A stretch of 63,484 nt of DNA, counting the filler, from Nemertoderma westbladi (Eukaryota; Animalia; Xenacoelomorpha), in NCBI GenBank assembly GCA_032718475.1. It is 3 parts of 3 records of this genome, joined end to end, with 100 filler letters (N's around TTAATTAATTAA, not from the genome) between each part and the next. Parts side by side here need not be neighbours in the genome. Positions count along the whole stretch, not along the records: positions 30,176 to 55,144 come from JAUCBJ010008694.1; positions 55,245 to 63,484 come from JAUCBJ010000211.1; 1 more part is not named here. The stretch is one strand, 5' to 3'. Under the pieces are notes generated by a model. It was not told the origin of the DNA. It saw only the letters and a list, made by a program, of their open reading frames with translations, and did no database searches. This document shows, one piece after another, positions 49,806 to 63,165 of the stretch. The position numbers and the translations under genes are program-made. The first letter of the stretch is position 1. The number at the start of each line of letters is the position of its first letter.

Positions 49806-50037
49806 TGCATACCTTATGTATGTATGTAAGTAGACCCCCGGACAGTAGCCTCCCGGACAGTAGTAGCACCGTGGGTGCATGATTAGGACAGTAGCCCCCC
49901 GGACAGTAGCACAGTGGGTACATTATTAGGAGAGTAGCCCCCCGGACAGTCGCACCCCGGACAGTAGCTCCCCGGACAGTAGCAAATTTTCATAATTGTG
50001 TTTATTTAATTAATAGAATTAAATATAATTTGTGTAA

Positions 50038-53000
50038 CTGTTCATAATTGTGGTTGACTAGGTTCTACGAATGTCCTTAGATCATCATAATGATGATTGG
50101 GTGATGATAACTCCACCTACTGGCTCCAGAAGTCGAGGAAATCCTGCCAAGTATCTAACTGATCTAGACTTTGCTGATGACTTAGGAGTACTCTCAGAAT
50201 CACTGGAAGGAGCCCAAGGGCTCCTCGGCTCATTAAAACATGCTGCTTCTAGTGTTGGTCTTTTTATTAACTCCAGAAAGGCCAAAATTGTGACAGTTAA
50301 CTTTGAAAGTCCTCAGCAAGTCTCTGATCGGATGAGCATAAGCTCAAAGGATGGTATGCTTGAGCATGTGGACGAGTTCTGTTACCTGGGATCATGGATC
50401 CGGAAGTCAGGTGAGGACCTTCGAATACGTAAGGGAAAGACGTGGGCAGCCTTGAATGGGCTTTCCAGGATTTGGAAGTCACCAAGAATTAATCGGAAAC
50501 TTAAGGTCCGATTATTTAGAGCAGCAGTAGTTCCAGTACTCCTCTATGGGAGTCCATGCTGGGCTCTAACTGTTGAGGACACCAAATACAGTCCCGCTCT
50601 CAAAAAGCATTCCTTTGATCAAACATTGATCAAACTTTGATCAAACATTGATCAAAGTTTGATCAAAATGTGTCCATAGAATATCATTGAAAGTAGCATT
50701 GACATTGAAATGACATTGATGGCACATTGAAATGACCTTGAAATCGATGGACCGAAATTCCAGACTTTCTGTCTCATATTGAAATGACATTGAAATGATT
50801 TCAAGGTAACAGTTTACATCGCTCTTCTGCGGCATGCCTTTGAACTCAGATTCCCGCCGAGAACTGGCTTTTGTTAATGGCCAAGCCGCGATGTGATTGA
50901 CAGGGCGGTGGATGGAGCTTGCTTGACTTTGTGGATGGACAGCGATTGGATTTACAAGGCGGTGTTGTGGTAGTGTCCCAGACTGAGTTTTGTTCTTGGC
51001 ACCATTGCACCAACAACTAGTTCAGAAAAACAGCCTTTGGAATAGTTTTAAATTATTGTTATATTAGAAATTAGTTTCAATGTTCCTTAAATCAGAATCA
51101 AGGCCAAAGACCTCCATTGACGTAGCAGCGCGATGGCTGCCGTTGCATTGCAATTGCTTATACAGTAATTGTGTAAATTCGACAAGCTTCCTTCCTGCCC
51201 CTGTCTCTAATTATACTAATAAAAGTAAATAAAGAAATAAATAAATCCAAGCACCAGCGCACCCCCTAAAATACCTTCTAAAAATTTACGTAATTTAATT
51301 TTAATACTCTGATAAGGTATTTTTATTGAAAACCTAATTTGTTTTAAAGTAAACTATGTTATGTACATCATTAGTTACGTATTTTTTAATTCAGTTTAAC
51401 GTATTGTAATTATAATTTTTTAAATATTAAAAATCAAATTGGGTTAGTAATACGTATTCAATTATGTTCATTCATTTTTAAATTTAAATTAAATTCTTTT
51501 GCTCACAGGTCGTTGTAAGACAAGGCATCAATATAACCCCAGTGATCCCATACTCTCTTGTTATGGACTATTACTATATCATTGTACAAGCTGCGGACCT
51601 GCACACCCCCCCCCCCCCCCCCCCCCTCCATTATAATGTGTTGTAGCCATCCACCCAACCCATTGCATAACTCGAATTAAACTCCACACAGCACAGCACA
51701 GCCCATACCTGCCATTGCTTTCATTACGCCACATCGCCATAAGTGGAGATTCAATTATGGCTGTGAATTATTATAATCATTTTTAGATTGACAACACAGT
51801 GTTGTGGTAGTGTACGTGTACCAGTACCAGACTGAGTCTTGTAATAGGCCCACTGACAACTCCGGGCTACGTTCTGAAATACAGCCTCTGGAATATTATT
51901 AAATTATTTTCATTAGAAATTATTCGCTAGAAAGCCAGTCTGTCAATTTAATCGTCCAGTATCAATTCCCGCGGGCTAATACAATTTATTTTCGGGCTAA
52001 GGATGCCCTGCCCACTGGCTAAGAAAGCAAGCTTGCGGGTAAACGATTCCCATTTTGCGGGCTAAGATTCCCGCGGGCTAAGTCATCACGCATCACCCAA
52101 CCGAACATACAGTTGACTGTAACTGTTTCACTCGCATCTCTGTAACCACAACCCAAATGCTGTGATTCACAGTATGCGATTTCACCGTGCTGTCACCGCA
52201 AGTGTATCTGAGAACAGGCCCATTTCTGGTACAGCTACAATTAGTTTCAAAAATTTAATGTAAAACATCGAAAGGAGCAGGTTAAAGGGGTTGTGTTTTC
52301 TAACCAAAACAATAAACCAAAGTAGATTTCATCGATTTGGGCTGGAGAACTTTTTTATTTGCGACCAACTGGCGCCACTATTTGCGAGATAAGGTAGAAA
52401 TTTTAATTAATATCGAGGCAAATACAACGTCTGTTTAATTGTTTTTGGGCAAACAGAAAAGTCCTCCATGCTGAAATTTTAGTAAGAAAGTTTAGTGTAA
52501 TAAATTAGTTTAGTACACATTACTACCTGCATAGTTCCTTGCTCAGGAGGCCAATCTCTTTGGTTCGCGGCCTCCTGTGTATGGGTTAGTTCTAGTTGGC
52601 TGTCTAATTTCTTGGGAAGCTTTTAGTAAATTTCGAAATTTCGGAGAATTCCATTCCACAGCAGATAATTGGTTTTACATGCTGGGGCGGCATAAGCTAA
52701 GAGCCATTACACATGCTATGCCTTTACTCTGTTAGTGGTCTGTCGCTGTCGGCACCCCAAGCTAATAATATACAGCAAATAGCACTGAGACCGCTTTTGT
52801 TTCAGAAAATTTGGAATGTGGATCTTTATATATATATTATTTGTTTTCTCATTTCAACTGGAAAGGGTTTTTTAGTATGCTTTCGCATGGCCTCCCCCTC
52901 GCTCGGTACGCTAGTTGCCCCACCCCCCCCCCCCCCCCCCATTATAATGTATTGTAGCCATCCACCCAACACATTGCGTAACTCAGAATTAAACTCCACA

Positions 53001-53823
53001 CAGCCCATACCGCCCTTGCTTTCATTACCACCACACCGCCAAGTGGAGATTCAATTGCGGCTGTTATTTTCTGATAATCGCTGTAAATTATTATAACCTA
53101 GGCAGTCCGGTTTAAATAACGGCTATAGCCTACAAACCTATTGTATGATATGGACGTGGTGTCCTGTGTGCTCTGTAGACATCCTACAGAGCACATGGAG
53201 CATTACACACACACACAGAGAGAGAGAGAGTGAGGGCTGCTTGATTGACACACGGCTCAGTGGGAATCTAGACTTTGAAGTGCAGCGCCTTTGGTAGAAC
53301 TCAATGGCAGGATTTATAAGCCTGGTTCATTTCAATATTTGATCAAACTTTGATCAATGTTTGATCAAAATTTGATCAATGTTTGATCAAAGGAATGCTT
53401 TTTGAGAGCGGGACTGTATCTGGATGGCACATTCACTTCACAAGAATGCTACGCCGGGTTCATTATATCCAGTACAATGCACACATATCCAACCAGACAC
53501 CATATAACATTGTAGGTGTCTCATTGGTTCCCCCAAGCTTTACACTAGAACAAAATCGCCTCCGCTTTGCAGGACATTGCTTTTGCCATGAGCACCATCC
53601 ATTGCATAATCTTGTACTTTGGCAGCCTCATGGAGTGAATAAGCATGGTGGACAGCCCATGACTTTCTTGAGACGCATCTTAAAGGACACTGGCCTTGAA
53701 GATTCGGATGATCTAGCAAATGTCATTGGTGATAGGGAGTTGTGGCGGCGCAATTTTGTCGACAAGCCGGCACAGCATTCTTAAAAATGCAGCTGCAATG
53801 CAGCATGCCGATCCTAGTAGTAG
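50038..53823 (+). mobile_element. 5'-truncated RTE-group LINE split by a DNA-transposon insertion (LINE parts 50038-50588 and 53417-53823)
   Basis: FADD, YLGSW and VLLYGS on the left; RLRFAGHC and a (TAG)n tail on the right. Collinear with the copy at 7244-8708. Confidence 0.9.
50589..53416. mobile_element. 2.8-kb non-autonomous TIR element with TA target duplication
   Basis: TA|cagtcccgctctcaaaaagcattcctttgatcaaacattgatcaaa ... tttgatcaatgtttgatcaaaggaatgctttttgagagcgggactg|TA; subterminal TTTGATCAAA repeats; no transposase. Confidence 0.9.
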
Positions 53824-53916
53824 GCCCCCGGACAGTAGCACCGTGGGTGCATTATTAGGACAGTAGCCCCCCGGACAGTAGCACCGTGGGTGCATTATTA
53901 GGACAATAGCCCCCAG

Positions 53917-54106
53917 GACCTGCTTTTCTGGCAACCAACTCATGGAATGCGTAACCGTGGACGACCGGCTATAACATCTATAGATCAACTTGAAAGGGAT
54001 ACTGAACTTGGGAGAATCAAAATTGCGACAACTATAGAGAATCGGGAAGCCTGGAAGAATCTCATTTCCAATGTCAGAGTTCGCTCGACTTAGTAGTAGT
54101 AGTAGT
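53917..54106 (+). mobile_element. 3' end of a second RTE-group LINE family
   Basis: LLFWQPTHGMRNRGRP...IDQLERDT...ENREAWK, then a stop and a (TAG)n tail. Confidence 0.8.
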
Positions 54107-54523
54107 CGACATGACGAAGTAGTACCGATAGAAGGGACAGGTAATGTCCGCCGTTTTCTTTTGGACATTTGATATTAAAATATACGGTTTTTCCAGTTTT
54201 ACTATAATTTGTATAGAAATTACGATTATGATGACGTAAAATAGGGACGGTGGGAATTCGGAATGTTGCACAGTTACTGGGGGGCTGTGCAGTAATATAA
54301 TAATAGCCCAGTTTCTAAAGAGACCTATTATGTTACATCAAACTAACAAGTTGCTCAAAACGTTGCCGGCCAAGTTGTTGGTAAAGTTCGTAGTCATTTA
54401 CAGTTCGTGAAAAAAGTAACTTTAATGACAAGCTACAGTAACATAAAAGTCATATCTACTATTATATTGCTTAATTAACAATGATCAATAAAATAACACA
54501 CATAAAAGTTAATTTAAAAAAAC

Positions 54524-54720
54524 TAGCCAATGGTGTAGTGGTTGCATTGAATTCACATCGACTGTAGGGGTTCGATCCACACATGATGGGCCAGTACAGT
54601 TTTCTTTCGACACGAATGACCAGCCAGGGCGCATCTCTGCCTTGCATCCTTAAGTGGTAGCTAAATGAGTACTAGTGTAAAAGCTTCTGTGGGATGTAAC
54701 TGGCCCTTCGCCCCGCAACC
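54524..54720 (+). mobile_element. Degenerate tRNA-derived SINE
   Basis: A box TGGTGTAGTGG at 54531-54541 and B box GGTTCGATCC at 54569-54578, then a SINE-core-like gccttgcatcct...taaatgagtac. The 3' boundary is uncertain. Confidence 0.55.
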
Positions 54721-55144
54721 CAGTTTTTCCCCCATACGCTAAAATACTCTGAAACCTACTGTAAAGGTTTTTCTGGGATATGACTGATTTGTTTTCTTTG
54801 CTAACCAGTTCCCCCCTCCAAGGCGTTGGAATCCTTTAGGAGGGATCTGAGCTGTTCGATTGGCCAGCCGGCTTGGGAAGGTTGCCCCAGTTACCCATAG
54901 CCCTGCGTTGAGTTAGTTCTGATTTCGACCAATCCCGAGCTACTGAACTGAAATTATCCTGTCTCACTGCTGATTACATGTGTTGAACGGGATTCTTGGA
55001 AAATAAGAGAGCTAAAGTCACGGGACTTTTTGTTATGATTTTAGGACTTTATTATCAGTGTTTTAAGACCGTGTTGAGATAGCGAAATGTTTTCTGCCTT
55101 TTTGTAAGAACATTAGTAGGCTAAATTATAGAAAGCATAGCTAT

Positions 55145-55244
55145 NNNNNNNNNNNNNNNNNNNNNNNNNNNNNNNNNNNNNNNNNNNNTTAATTAATTAA
55201 NNNNNNNNNNNNNNNNNNNNNNNNNNNNNNNNNNNNNNNNNNNN
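55145..55244. other. Artificial assembly spacer
   Basis: 100 nt: N-run, TTAATTAATTAA, N-run. Confidence 0.97.
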
Positions 55245-56428
55245 CAGTTATCAGTATATTTTTATAATTGAAGTTAGTTATGTGTTCTAAAGATAATTAA
55301 TAATAATCGTAATATTCTCTACCGGTACCAACCGTTATAAGGACTTCTGGCTACTTTTATACATGTAATTGAATGAGCCATCTACCAGTAAATGAAAGAT
55401 AATGTATTGTAATTGTTATTCCGATACTGGCCGCTAGGTGGTGCACAAATTATAATACAGTTGTGACACTACCCTACCAATATTGACATACAGACTTCGC
55501 CTATATCTGTATATACCCTAAAATAAATGCTGTTACTACTGTAATCATAGGCCTAAACTGACACACAGGCCCCATATAAATGCAATTTTTTTCTCAAATT
55601 AAAAGTTATCATAGTCAGTCCGAAATTATCATAGTCAATCGGATTATCGAAGTCACCCCAGTTGACGGTACTGTACTAAGCCGTTTACTGGTTTACTTTA
55701 GCAAAAAGTCCGAAATTCCACAAAATTTATATTAGATTATAGAGCCTCATGACTTAGAATTGAATTAGGGTTAAATTACTGCTTTAATTAGGCTCTATAT
55801 GCAGCTATGGTTTGTGCCTGACCAACAAGCCCTAACAGACTATACAGCTATAACCTAAAAAACAAACCAATATCCCAGTCAGTACATACCGGTACAAAAC
55901 ATCCCAAAACAAAAACCAAGTCATTAAGATTAAGTAACCCCAAGACAGCCAAATCTGTAAGTAAAATAACACTGTACCGGTAGCGGTATGTTTTCCATAT
56001 AAAAAGTGGCGCCTGTAGTGTGATAGAGCCGCTCTGTAAGCAGGGTTGGCAGGTTGGTCTATACATCTGACTGGATTATTAAATGGTCAATCAAACTGTT
56101 AAAGCAGGTTTCTACAATCTGACAACATTCATACCGTCATAATTCTCGTTTATTGTTTTTGTTACCGGTACCGTACTTTCAAATCGCCTATCTGTCACCT
56201 AGGCCTACTACAGTACTACCTGACTACAGTTGGTGGTGCACTAATGCCATTTAGTAAGTTATAGGCCTATTGGGTGAACTGAACTGTAAGCTGTCTGACA
56301 GTCTGGTCTGGCTGTCTGGTTATGCCTGTATCTGTACAGTGTAGGGGTAATAATTCAATTTCCAGATTAATTAATAGGGACCGGTACCGGTATAGGCCTA
56401 TATAACTATAATATATTATTATCTGATT

Positions 56429-57094
56429 ATGGGTCCCAAGAAGGCACCAACAAAGCCGGCACCAGCGCCAACAAAGGCGAAGGCGCCAGCACCAGCGGCT
56501 GCTCCGAAGAAACCGGCCGCACCTGTCGCCAAACCGACACCGGCCGTAGTAAAACCGGCGCCTCCAAAACCGAAACCAGTGGCCATTCCGCCTAAACCTA
56601 AACCGGCGGCACAGCCAAAACCAGCGGCGCAGCCACAGCAGAAACCGGTGGCGCCACAAGCTGATGGTGGCGGAGCAGCCGGACAATCGAAACCGCGGAA
56701 GAAGTCGATGAAACAAAAACGATTGGAGCAAAAGAAACTGAAGGAGAAGAATAAGAAAGTTAGTCTGAGATTCACGATAGAATGTTCCAAGCCAGTGGAG
56801 GATTCCATAATGGCGATGGACGACTTCGAGAAGTATTTGAGGGCGCACATTAAAGTCAACGGGAAGTTAGGCAACATGGGAACATCGGTTGTGCTGGAGA
56901 GACAAAAAACTTCCATTGTTGTCTCGTCATCGGTGCAGTTCTGTAAACGATACCTCAAATACCTGACGAAACGATACCTGAAGAAGAACAACCTCCGTGA
57001 TTGGTTGAGGGTTATAGCCAATACGAAAGAGAGTTACGAGTTGAGGTACTTTAATATCGGTCAGGATGAGGACGATGAAGACGACGATAGTTAG
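56429..57094 (+). CDS. RPL22: 60S ribosomal protein L22 (eL22) with Pro/Ala/Lys-rich N-terminal extension, 221 aa
   Basis: [56 protein letters not shown] and an acidic tail. Confidence 0.95.
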   Translation: MGPKKAPTKPAPAPTKAKAPAPAAAPKKPAAPVAKPTPAVVKPAPPKPKPVAIPPKPKPAAQPKPAAQPQQKPVAPQADGGGAAGQSKPRKKSMKQKRLEQKKLKEKNKKVSLRFTIECSKPVEDSIMAMDDFEKYLRAHIKVNGKLGNMGTSVVLERQKTSIVVSSSVQFCKRYLKYLTKRYLKKNNLRDWLRVIANTKESYELRYFNIGQDEDDEDDDS

Positions 57095-58220
57095 ACTGGA
57101 AAGGTTGACTGTTTGTTTGTCGGATAGTCAATGGATTGTTTGTCGGATACCGGTGGTACAATTTACCTTCTATTAATTAAAATATATCCATTTATACAAT
57201 GGAGATTTAATTAGTTTTTTGGGGTTTTTAGGGTTTTGGGGATTTCTGGGGTTTACTGTGGAAGATCACCCATGGTGGTGAACAGGCATTCCTTGGCTTA
57301 ACGAGCCTAAAAGATTCTCCCATTCATTAGTTTTTTTTTATTTGTTCACATACCGGTGTAAAATAATAGGTCACGGTAAAGAAGAATTAGGGTTCTTTAT
57401 CTTAAGAATTATCTTCTCATCTCTCCTAAACGCGCCTTTTTATTTTAACAATTTTCCCTAATTGATATTAGTTTATAATTAGATTTGGGCTTATTTTATG
57501 CGTGTGTGTCTGGGGGGGGGGGGGGGTCTAGAGCTTTGCGTAATCAAAGTATACCATATTTTTTATTAAATCCATATACCGGGTTTTTCTACAAGCTAGC
57601 AGTTTATTAATCAGAAAATAAGTCAAATTCTATAAATTTGCTTTTCTTACGCTTTCAACAGTAGGTCAGTGAAATAAAGTGGTGACATAAAATATCAGCT
57701 TATATGCAGTAAAATGTAACGGTAAGAACGAGTAGGGCGGGACTTCAAGCTGCAAGCCATCTCAGCGAACAATTATAATATGGCTAGTTATATAGGCCTA
57801 TTCTGATCTTGGCTTTCGACAATTATGGCTTTCGAGTTTCGACACACACACACCCCCACCCCCACTAACAGGTAACGGCCATAGTATAATATATCAGTTG
57901 CTGATGGCTTGCAGTTTTGACTCACCCAACAATCTTACCCTTCTAGATCTACTATACGTGGTATATCTATTCTAAATTGAATATACCACAGTCAAGGACT
58001 GTTACAATAGAGTAATTTATTGAAAATATGGATTCCGATTGTATAAAATTATTGTTACTGCAAAGCTTCTTTATTGTCTAGTGACGTAGTTCTAGAGTGT
58101 AAAGAACTTATACAGTTACGTATAGGGGGCGTTCATAAAGTATGTCACGCAAATTTTCGAAAGATATTTTAGACGAAAAATATTTTATTTCAATAATTTA
58201 ATAACAGTTAGAAAGCCTAA

Positions 58221-58960
58221 GGGGCCATCCATAAATGACGTCACGTTTTTTAAAGACATTTTTGACCCCATCCCCCCCCCCCCCCCCCCCTTTCGTCACA
58301 AATCGTCACGAAATGGCTAACCCCCCCCCCCCCCCCCCCCCTCCCCAATGTCACGTCACACTATGTAAAATTTAATTATTACTCTTATATTATTAGAACA
58401 ATAAATCTGGAATAAATTTGTCAACTATAAATATATACAACATTACAAATTACAGTAATATGAGTTTCGCAGACATGCTCCCATGGTCACGTCAGGTGGT
58501 CTGTCATGCTTATAATGGCCATTGGTGAGACATCAGCTACTGGGTGTGGGTTCGCAGGGGATTGATATCAAAACGGGTTTTGGAACTACCGCTACTATGA
58601 AGGGATGTAAGATTTTTAAGTAAAACTTTCGATGCAAAGTAAAGATGACATTCTTTACAAACACACTCGAATTTTACCAATTATGGAAGGGCGGTAGAGG
58701 TCGTAAGGTAAGATTTTAATGGTTGTCATTGGAAGAGGTTATCGTTTAATAGTAAACACGTTAATAGTAGACACGTTTAATAGTATACAAGTATACACAT
58801 TATGTATTTAATATATATACAGTAATTTTATCGGAAACTTATAATGTGACGTCACGAAATTGCGGACACCCCCCCTTCGTCTCGTCACAAATCGTCACGA
58901 AATACCAACCCCCCCCCCCCCCCCCCCCTGTCCAGCGTGACGTCATGTATGGATGGCCCC
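58221..58960. mobile_element. PIF/Harbinger-type (Tourist-like) MITE
   Basis: TIRs ggggccatccataaatgacgtcacg / cgtgacgtcatgtatggatggcccc, with a TAA target duplication on both sides. Related single ends occur near 46285 and 58124. Confidence 0.88.
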
Positions 58961-59374
58961 TAATAGAAAGTGAAACACTTTGACTGAAGTAGTTCTTACA
59001 AAAAGCCTTTACATACATACTTTAGCAGCTTCAAACTACAGTACTGTACTCTACACGTACAATGATTTAAATACCGACTTTGTTACACTAAAATATGAAA
59101 CCACTCATTCACCCAAAATACCAATAAATATTACAAAAATGCCGCTTCTATTTCTCGTTATTGGCGTAATTAATTGTCCTGCCAAAATTTATAGATTGTT
59201 TAGAGTGTATTAATTATAGTGGCCGTAATGGTTCACAGTTAATCATTGTAGCGAGTGGATAAAGAAAGACGGCCAAATTCAGTAGAATTGAGCACAGTGG
59301 CAGCAGGTCATTAATATATTGGCAGAATAAATTGCGAACATACAAGATATCAGGTAGTATTTCCAGGTCTACCT

Positions 59375-59422
59375 GTGCCGCTAGCTGAATGGTTAGAGCG
59401 TCAGACTTCCAACCCGGAGGTC
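59375..59422 (+). mobile_element. Truncated tRNA-derived head (SINE remnant)
   Basis: A box TAGCTGAATGG at 59382-59392, CTTCCAA loop and GAGGTC; no B box. Confidence 0.5.
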
Positions 59423-59699
59423 ATTGCCGACTTAGCTAAGCTGTGCCCGTCAAGCTAAATAGCAAAATAGGTAATATAGAAGATAGGCCATGTTATTCTA
59501 GAAAAGTACTGTATAGAGTAATGAAATACCAGGAATCGAATTCAAAACACTATAATGATGTACCCATTTATCCGAACACCTTTACAGCTTCAGTCTTAGG
59601 GCAATCACACCAATAGAATATATACTTGTGCGCACAACATGTCATGATTTTTATTATCGGATACAGTATGCCCACGACTGTCGACTTTCGTTGTTTATT

Positions 59700-59880
59700 C
59701 CGCAGCCACCGTGTTTATTCACTCCGTAAGGCCGCCAAAGCACAAGATTGTTCACCGACTGGTCGTCACGGCTAAAGCAATGTCCTGCAAAGCGGATGCG
59801 GCACCGTTCATACCTACGGGTAATACCCAGAGCCCAGTAAATGCGTGCTGGTTGTGAGAGAGGGAGACACTGCAATGGCT
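59700..59880 (-). mobile_element. Diverged RTE-group LINE fragment
   Basis: RIRFAGHCFSRDDQSVNNLVLWRPYGVNKHGG. Confidence 0.8.
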
Positions 59881-61469
59881 CGTAATCTCTTCAGGGACAT
59901 GCATGTCCCTTAATACATATATACATTTTATATTTAGCTGATGCTGCGATGTCATTGTGGAGAGCCCGGGGGATGATATCCGAGATGATGTACCGGTACC
60001 TGATACTCTTGCAGAGCAACGAGCTGAAGATTCTCAAACCCATGTTGATGGTTTATCTTCCGACCTGGATGTCCTAGATAACTTGCAAGAAGAGGGATTG
60101 TGACTCAGGCGATGAAATTCATGTCCACAATGTTAAATTGTTATATGATGATGGTTTGATTATTTTGTTGAATCCGATGTAGAATGTTATCCATTGTATA
60201 TGATGTTATATAGTTGTTTGTACTTGTAGTAGAAGGCCGATTTGATTTGTGTTATTCGAATTTTGTAGTCTTTTTAACGAATTCATAATGAATAGAGAAA
60301 AAATATTGAAAAATATGATCTACGTTTTTCCCCCATGTAATACGTAATTTTATTCTTAAATTGGTACTTTTTTGTTGCCCAATTCTTTAATAAAGGATAC
60401 AGCGATATAGAGTTACAAAATAAATTGAACTGTTATTTTACTATATTGCTTCCATAGTTACTGCAATTCTAATTACTGCACTCTTCAACTCCTGATGCTG
60501 CCGTACTCATGTTAAATAATTGTTCTCGAGTGTTCTCGAATGTTTATATTTATTCCGTTTAATGCAAACCTTTTCTACGTCGATGCTCTTTCAACACCAC
60601 GTAATAAAGTTTAAGAAATTCCACCAAAATATTATATTATACTTTTTTCGCCGGGAAAAAAATAAAATCAATGCAATCCTATGGGTTTCTTTTTTTCCTG
60701 GGGAAGAAATGTACTCCCTTTCTGCCGATTTAGGCCTATATGTAGGCCTATATTCGAGCGAAAAGTAACAATTTAAGAATAAAAGCCTATTTTATTGTTT
60801 TACAGTTCATTAAATAGTTGTTGTTACTTTCCTATTATTTCTATTTCGGTTCATTTTAAAGTGGTTACGAAGTACAATTATTCTTAAACATTAAATTTCG
60901 AATATAATAATGTTTTTGAAAATCAATGTAATTTGTTATATTTCTCTCACTGTCTTTCCTCGACTATAAAATATTTGAGAAAGGTGAACAAAATTCTGCC
61001 TTGGAAACAATATGTAATCCACTAATGAGTTACTTATACGTGTATACACATCAGTTTCAAACATGTCCCAAGTTGTAACAAGTGTGGATAGCCTTTGCAA
61101 ACAAGCATTTGTTTCGCATCTGTTGAATCTACTGGTTAGCGGATTTGTTTTCCATGTGCAAGTGTGAAAAGCCTTTGCAAACACGTATGCGTTTCGCATC
61201 TGTCAAAATTATATTGCTTTGGGGATATGTTTGCCATGTGCAAAGACACATTTGGGACATGTAAGCCAACCCTGTATCATTTCATAATGCGCTCCGCATG
61301 TGTGAATTAGTCGTATGACAAATGCGTTCCACATATGTATTTTTCACTGGGTGTGGGAGTTGAGCGGGGAGCAACGAAGGGCACTCGCAGACTAGATGGC
61401 TTTGATATCCTGAAGACGTATATTGCTGACAAGTGACAAGGTCTCTTCTTGGTGCTACTGTGGAATGCC

Positions 61470-62755
61470 CCGGTTATGGGGTGGGTAGGTGGGGCCAGCT
61501 GCCCCTGCCTCCGACTCGATGGTTATGGGGTGGGTGGGTGGGGCCACCTTTGCCAGCCTCCGACTCGATGGTTATATGGTGGGTGGGCCACCTTTGCCTG
61601 CCTCCAACTAGATGGTTATGAGGTGGGTGGGGCCACCTTTGCCTGCCTCCGACTCGATTGTTATGGGGTGGGTGGGGCCACCTGTGCCTGCCTCCGACTC
61701 GATGGTTATGGGGTGGGGGGGGCGGGGGCACCTGTGCCTGCCTCTGACTCGATGGTTATGGGGGTGTGTGGGTGGGGCCACCTTTGCCTGCCTCCGACTC
61801 GATGGTTATGGAGTGGGTGGGCCACCTGTGCCTGCCTACGACTAGATGGTTATGGGGTGGGTGGGTGGGGCCACCTGTGCCTGCCTTCGACTCGATGGTT
61901 ATGGGGTGGGTGGGCTACCCGTGCCTGCCTCCGACTCGATGGTTATGGGGTGGGTGGTGCCACCTTTGCCAGCCTCCTACTCGATGGTTATTTGGTGGGT
62001 GGGCCACCTTTGCCTGCCTCCGACTCGATGGGTATGGGGTGGGTGGTGCCACCTTCGCCTGCCTCCGACTCAATGGTCATATGGTGGGTGGGCCACCTTT
62101 GCCTGCCTCTAACTCGATGGTTATATGGTGGGTTGGCCACCTTTGCCTGCCTCCAACTCGATGGTTATGGGGTGGGTGGGCCACCTTTGCCTGCCTCTAA
62201 CTCGATGGTTATGGGGGTGGGTGGTGCCACCTTCGCCTGCTTCCGACTCGATGGTTATATGGTGCGTGGGCCACCTTTGCCTGCCTCCAACTCGATGGTT
62301 ATATGGTGGGTTGGCCACCTTTGCCTGCCTCTATCTCGATGGTTATGGGGTGAGTGGGGCCACCTGTGCCTGCCTCCGACTAGATGGTTATGGGGTGGGT
62401 GGTGCCACCTTCGCCTGCCTCCGACTCGATGGTTATATGGTGGGTGGGGCCACCTGTGCCTGCCTCCGACTCGATGTTTATGGGGTGGGTGGGCCACCTT
62501 TGCCTGCCTCCAATTCGATGGTTATGGGGTGGGTGGGGCCACCTGTGCCTGCCTCCGACTAGATGGTTATGGGGTGGGTGGTGCCACCTTCGCCTGCCTC
62601 CGACTAGATGGTTATGGGGTGGATGGTGCCACCTTCGCCTGCCTCCGACTCGATGGTTATGGGGTGGGTGGTGCCACCTTCGCCTGCCTCCGACTCGATG
62701 GTTATATGGTGGGTGGGTGGGGCCACCTGTGCCTGCCTCTGACTCGATGGTTATC
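61470..62755 (+). repeat. About 45-bp G-rich minisatellite (GGGGTGGGTGGGGCCACCTTTGCCTGCCTCCGACTCGATGGTTAT)n
   Basis: About 28 tandem units with variants. Confidence 0.95.
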
Positions 62756-63114
62756 GTACCTTCATTTAATACTCTAATATTTTACCTTCATTTAATACTC
62801 TAATATTTTTAGGAAACAGGTTGATTTATTACAGTATTGTGCTACAGAATTAATTATTATATTCTATAGTGAATACGTTTTTTTGGAAGCAGTGAAAGGT
62901 AATTAACTCTAAAGTACATTTGTGCTGATATTTAAAAGTGTCTATGTAATAAATATATTGACACGTTAATCAACATATTTTATTAATTATACGTAATTTT
63001 TATTGTATTTATTTTGGTTTTAAATTATCTTAATTTATTAGTAATAATAATTATTATTATTATATTGCAGAATTAATATAAATGTATTATTATTATTATT
63101 ATAAATTTAATTCA

Positions 63115-63165
63115 TATGATGGGGATAGGGACTTGTGGCGGCGCAAATTTGTCTATTAACCGGTA
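63115..63165 (+). mobile_element. Short RTE-group LINE 3' fragment
   Basis: ggggatagggacttgtggcggcgcaaatttgtc matches the 3' coding end of the other copies. Confidence 0.55.

Noticed and set aside
61433-62803. 442-aa and overlapping Gly/Cys/Trp-rich ORFs
   Set aside because: Translations of the 45-bp minisatellite.
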